The position numbers were made by a program, and so were the translations under genes. A model generated the notes under the pieces. That model ran no database searches. It had not been told where the DNA came from and worked only from the letters and a program-made list of their open reading frames with translations. A stretch of DNA of 64,000 nt from Phycisphaerae bacterium (GTDB lineage: Bacteria > Planctomycetota > Phycisphaerae > UBA1845), in assembly GCA_963666835.2 (NCBI GenBank), contig CAXXGO010000003.1:352001-416000 (forward strand), in the 5' to 3' direction. How positions within the stretch are numbered: position 1 is the first letter of the stretch; every line of letters begins with the position of its first letter. Positions 61,201 through 64,000 of this stretch are shown here, piece after piece.

Positions 61201-63696
61201 GGCCGTTCGATCCGTGCCGCTGCCGTCCACTACGTGATAGCTGTTGTCAGCGTAGTTCTCGAACAGGCCGGGACCATCGTTGCCACTCAAGTCACCGCTA
61301 AGGGTCGTTTCGTACGCGTCGAGGTCCCGCTCCTCCGGGTCCGGCGCCCCGCACCCGGCGTAGCCACCTTCGATGGTCACGCCATTGGCGAGCGTAAACG
61401 TGGCCGCCTGATCGCCGGATGTCTGACCGCCGCCTTGGTCGGGGGTGTACGTGCCGTTGGCCACGCGGATCAAAGCACCGCTCGTCACCACGGCCAGTGC
61501 ATCCTGAAGGGCAAGGTATGCCCCGCACCAGCTCTTGCCGTCATGCGTTGGGCCTGTGGCGTTCTCATCGACATGGACGGGAAAGGCAATCTTGAATGCG
61601 TTGTCGCTTCGCAAGCCAGTAACGAACACGTTGCCGGCCTCGTCTACCGCTATGCTCGTGGGACGATCGAGTGGGTTGCCAGCGCCGTCACCAGCTGCAT
61701 CGATGATCTCAGTGATGACCCCGCCCGGACTGATCCGAAATGCGTTGTGGGAGTAATCTCCGGTAACGTATACGTTGCCCAACCCATCCACCGCGACGTC
61801 CGCCGCCGCGTAGAGAGTATTCCCCGCGTGGTCCCCTGCCGCATCGATGATCTCGGTAGTCGTCCCGCCCGGAGTGATTTTGAACGCGTTGCTGCTACCT
61901 TCGCCCGCAACGTACACATTGCCCGACGCGTCCACCGCTATGCCCCGTGGACCTTGGAGCGGACTACCGGCTCCATCGCCGGTTGAGTCGATGATCTCAG
62001 TAATGACCCCTTCCGGAGTGATCTCGAACGCATTATGGCTCTCCCATCCGGTGACGAACACGTCGCCGAGAGGGGTAACTGCTATACCCCCCGTGCGACT
62101 GAGCGTATTGCCCGCTCCGTCGCCGGTCTCATCGATGATCTCGGTAATGGCTCCTTCCGGAGTGACCTTGAATGCATTGTGGCTCATCCAACCGGCAACG
62201 TAGACGTTGCCCACCTCGTCCGCCGCAAGGCTGGGCGACCCAGAGAGTATATTGCCCGCCCCATCACCGCTAGAATCGATGACCTGCGTGATGACTCCAC
62301 CGGGGCCGATCTTGAACGCATTAGAGGACCAGTCTCCGGTTACGAACACGTTTCCAACCCCGTCCACCGTCAAACCAACCGGACTACTAAGCGCATTGCC
62401 CGCTCCGTCACCGGTCGAGTCGATAATCTCGGTAATCACTCCCCCCGGAGTGATTTTGAACGCGTTGTCAGTGAAGCCACCCGCCAGGTACACGGCACCC
62501 TCCTCGTCGACCGCAATGCCGCGCGCCCACTTGAGTGTGCTGCCCGTCCCATCGCCCGTCGCGTCCATGAACTCAGAGACAATTCCACCCGGAGTGATCT
62601 TGAACACATTGTTACTGCCCATACCGGCCACGAAGACGTTCCCCGACGCATCCGCCCCAATGCCCTGCGGGCTCGTGAGTGCTCTTCCCGCTCCGTCGCC
62701 GGTCGAGTCGATGATCTCAGAAACAACACCACCCGGAGTGATCATGAACGCGTTGTCGGTGCCCCATCCACCCACGTATGCGTTGCCCGACGTGTCAACG
62801 GCGATGCCCCGCGGGCTGTCGAGCGCGCTCGCCCCGTCGCCCGTCGTATCGATAATCTCAGAAATGCCCCCACCCGGAGCGATCTTGAAAGCGTTGTCCG
62901 TCGCCCATCCAGTGACGAACACGTTGCCCGACTCGTCCGTCGCGATTCCCCTCGGGTCTTCGAGCGTATTGCCGCCACCATCGCCGGTCGAGTTGATGAT
63001 CTCGGTGATGTCACCGCCGGGAGCGATCTTAAACGCATTATTGCTGATCATACCAGTGACGTACACGTTGCCGAAGACGTCAGCCGACATATCCCGCGGG
63101 CTGTCCAACACACCGCCTGCCCCGTCCCCGGTCAAGTCGATGATCTCCGTGACAGTACCTTCGGGGGTGATCTTGAACGCATTGTCACTGGTTTCCCCGG
63201 CAACGTACACATTGCCTGCCGCGTCAACCGTAATGCCGAGTGGACGGTCGAGCAAACCGCCTATTCCATCACCGCTTGAGTCGACGATCTCAGTGATGAC
63301 ACCACCAGGAGTAATCTTGAAGACATTGTCGCTCTCAGAGCCAGCGACATACACGTTGCCGGAATCGTCCACCGCTATGCCGTACGGGTAACGAAGCTCG
63401 CCGCCCGCTCCATCGCCGGTCGCGTCGACAATCTCGGTGATTACACTGGAAGGAGTGATCCTGTAAGCCTTGTGTGTCTGACGTACGGCAACGTACACGT
63501 TACCCGCCGTATCCACAGTGACGCCATCAGGTTCGACTACCCCCCCCTCGATCAACTGGGTAATAACCTGCCCGCTCGCGGGCACCGCGGTCGCGCCTGG
63601 AAGCAAGAAAGCAGCCATTGCGACACCTCCCCAGAACGTCCACCGAGGTGTCAGTGTGCGAACACGTCCGCGATTGCGATAACGATCCTGGTCCAT
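58228..63696 (-). CDS. Large secreted protein: 14 NHL-like repeats, parallel beta-helix, Cys/Asp Ca-binding repeats, dockerin-like C-terminus
   Basis: Signal peptide; 47-48-aa repeats GIAVD..GNVYV.G..S.NAFKITPGG.ITEIID.TGDGAG; LQDAL, F..N.A..GGA, DMGAYEY, DCN.N..PD.CD, VNMSDI/VNMTDV; GGAGG RBS before ATG 63696. Confidence 0.85.
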   Translation of the reverse strand: MDQDRYRNRGRVRTLTPRWTFWGGVAMAAFLLPGATAVPASGQVITQLIEGGVVEPDGVTVDTAGNVYVAVRQTHKAYRITPSSVITEIVDATGDGAGGELRYPYGIAVDDSGNVYVAGSESDNVFKITPGGVITEIVDSSGDGIGGLLDRPLGITVDAAGNVYVAGETSDNAFKITPEGTVTEIIDLTGDGAGGVLDSPRDMSADVFGNVYVTGMISNNAFKIAPGGDITEIINSTGDGGGNTLEDPRGIATDESGNVFVTGWATDNAFKIAPGGGISEIIDTTGDGASALDSPRGIAVDTSGNAYVGGWGTDNAFMITPGGVVSEIIDSTGDGAGRALTSPQGIGADASGNVFVAGMGSNNVFKITPGGIVSEFMDATGDGTGSTLKWARGIAVDEEGAVYLAGGFTDNAFKITPGGVITEIIDSTGDGAGNALSSPVGLTVDGVGNVFVTGDWSSNAFKIGPGGVITQVIDSSGDGAGNILSGSPSLAADEVGNVYVAGWMSHNAFKVTPEGAITEIIDETGDGAGNTLSRTGGIAVTPLGDVFVTGWESHNAFEITPEGVITEIIDSTGDGAGSPLQGPRGIAVDASGNVYVAGEGSSNAFKITPGGTTTEIIDAAGDHAGNTLYAAADVAVDGLGNVYVTGDYSHNAFRISPGGVITEIIDAAGDGAGNPLDRPTSIAVDEAGNVFVTGLRSDNAFKIAFPVHVDENATGPTHDGKSWCGAYLALQDALAVVTSGALIRVANGTYTPDQGGGQTSGDQAATFTLANGVTIEGGYAGCGAPDPEERDLDAYETTLSGDLSGNDGPGLFENYADNSYHVVDGSGTDRTAVLDGFTIRSGNTAGCSGSCRGGGLYVQDGSCTVRNCRFLENDSIDSAGAVVVAGPTSAPSISECTFQDNRSAVDGGAVLVTSSGGPGVPEFRDCRFIANTSVNGGAASLGNDNTVMVNCEFLDNLATGMGGAIMFADAFGAQTIVNSTFSGNTADGSGGALLGHGGATGTFVNCTFSNNSASTTGSVAWLQSSSVLLMDNCVLWNSSAPQIATDGSGSRTLDYCCVQDGTLVGAGADNINVDPLLVDADGLDDIVGTEDDDLRLSAGSPGIDAADSTALPADVTDLDDDGDIVEPTPLDLSGRPRSVDDPDTADTGVPGSPVVDMGAYEYYLDCNVNHLPDVCDLDCGALDGNCNLPGCGQSADCNENDIPDECDIAACDSAVDPGCDDCNLNGVPDGCDIADETSADDFAPFGVPDECHEWDDGGADDDWSTPENWQDDEVPDNDGGTTYNVVIRGDSNVTETVNLDMPVTVNSLALLEAATLNVTSDDAMEDDDLAIVTGAGLLIRGGLDTDDPALCPSSNLYVAHDREIDVSAGQVTVAAAGVYQASGSPVSASLSAENLSILHGRCECPQAFGGLVQLTDEMSVTVSADFEMVGADAAVCLNCCGLSSRGGISPPPKFRVYENAHVTVLGRFLVTGFVDVYVGPAFKGRAAPTAGVFLGGDFANESTDPVRFDWTDGFLTMNGDTSQTFEVAGADGGGYGDNFAMGRLEVAAGSTVSFVDLFDNDEQGIAEPEALYVDELIFRADGKAAANITIDRCKVYYNTLIDEGAVINFARGGELAEIDLASPLPATGTDAEPKNRYVSFDPNSGSATVAFKVELTGSDYFPGSIGADGWVGEPLEVPDDPGVWVSEVENVAYFGDDWPAVVHVGDCLITPAAEYAITATPDEIVFSDPLLVNTVAQPGVKFWGDVVGGFTGTWDPANGVVNMSDIQAILQGFSGLETAPPLTWVDLDGEVPNTIVNMTDVQRTVSGFKGEPYPFSDPAGCP

Positions 63697-64000
63697 GGTC
63701 CCCTCCGAAGCGAATAGGCTAACTGCCCACGAGTGAATCCATCCCTTCCGGTTTCTGACGCAGCGCCGGTATGACTTGCGGACCCGGCCGCGCGGTTCAA
63801 TCCTATACGGAATAACCGCAGGAATGCAAGTGCAAACTGCAAACGCCGTCGAGTGAGGGCGGGGCAACGGCTCAGACCCGACGGGCAACCCAACCGGCCC
63901 GCTCAGGGATAGTCGTGTTTCTTGCGGAAGACGGCCGGAAACTCACGTCACGAAGTGCCGGTACGCAACAAACCCCGGGTCTCGGCACGAAGACCCTCCA

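Noticed and set aside
61234..63391. Long plus-strand ORFs (250-414 aa)
   Set aside because: Antisense shadows of the repetitive GC-rich minus-strand gene.
57355..64000. attR copy of the tRNA-Pro 3' end
   Set aside because: No match to GGTTCGAATCCAGTCGCCCCG found by eye, so the element end and whether the large surface gene is cargo remain unresolved.

Overview
GC-rich bacterial chromosomal segment whose gene content (MoxR/vWA operon, DUF1559 pseudopilin, IPTL-CTERM and dockerin-like surface proteins, long GreA) points to a planctomycete, probably Phycisphaerae (inference). 1-31.4 kb is mostly core: a MoxR-DUF58-vWA envelope operon, lgt, panC, an ECF sigma/anti-sigma locus, a REP-flanked Sel1 gene, rlmN, cpaE, panD, gpmI and an HK/NtrC pair, ending at an atypical tRNA-His (no G-1; U72, A73). 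31.7-47.3 kb is accessory. It holds a chemoreceptor with three nested extracytoplasmic CZB domains, a complete five-ORF IS66 variant carrying DUF4338 and inserted into a REP hairpin, and a REP cluster. It also holds five translationally coupled hypervariable membrane proteins joined by a conserved Zn-ribbon/GTGA junction, and a cobalamin-riboswitch operon (IPTL-CTERM propeller, BtuH-like protein, DUF1559 pseudopilin). Frameshifted greA-like and ychF-like genes follow, then tRNA-Pro(GGG) with a satellite-like integrative element (int, xis, ATPase with iterons, stand-alone DnaB N-domain, ERCC4 nuclease, HTH), and a ~1820-aa repeat surface protein. Dense single-base frameshifts at 33-52 kb are most likely assembly indels. 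All family calls are by motif recognition only; no searches were run.
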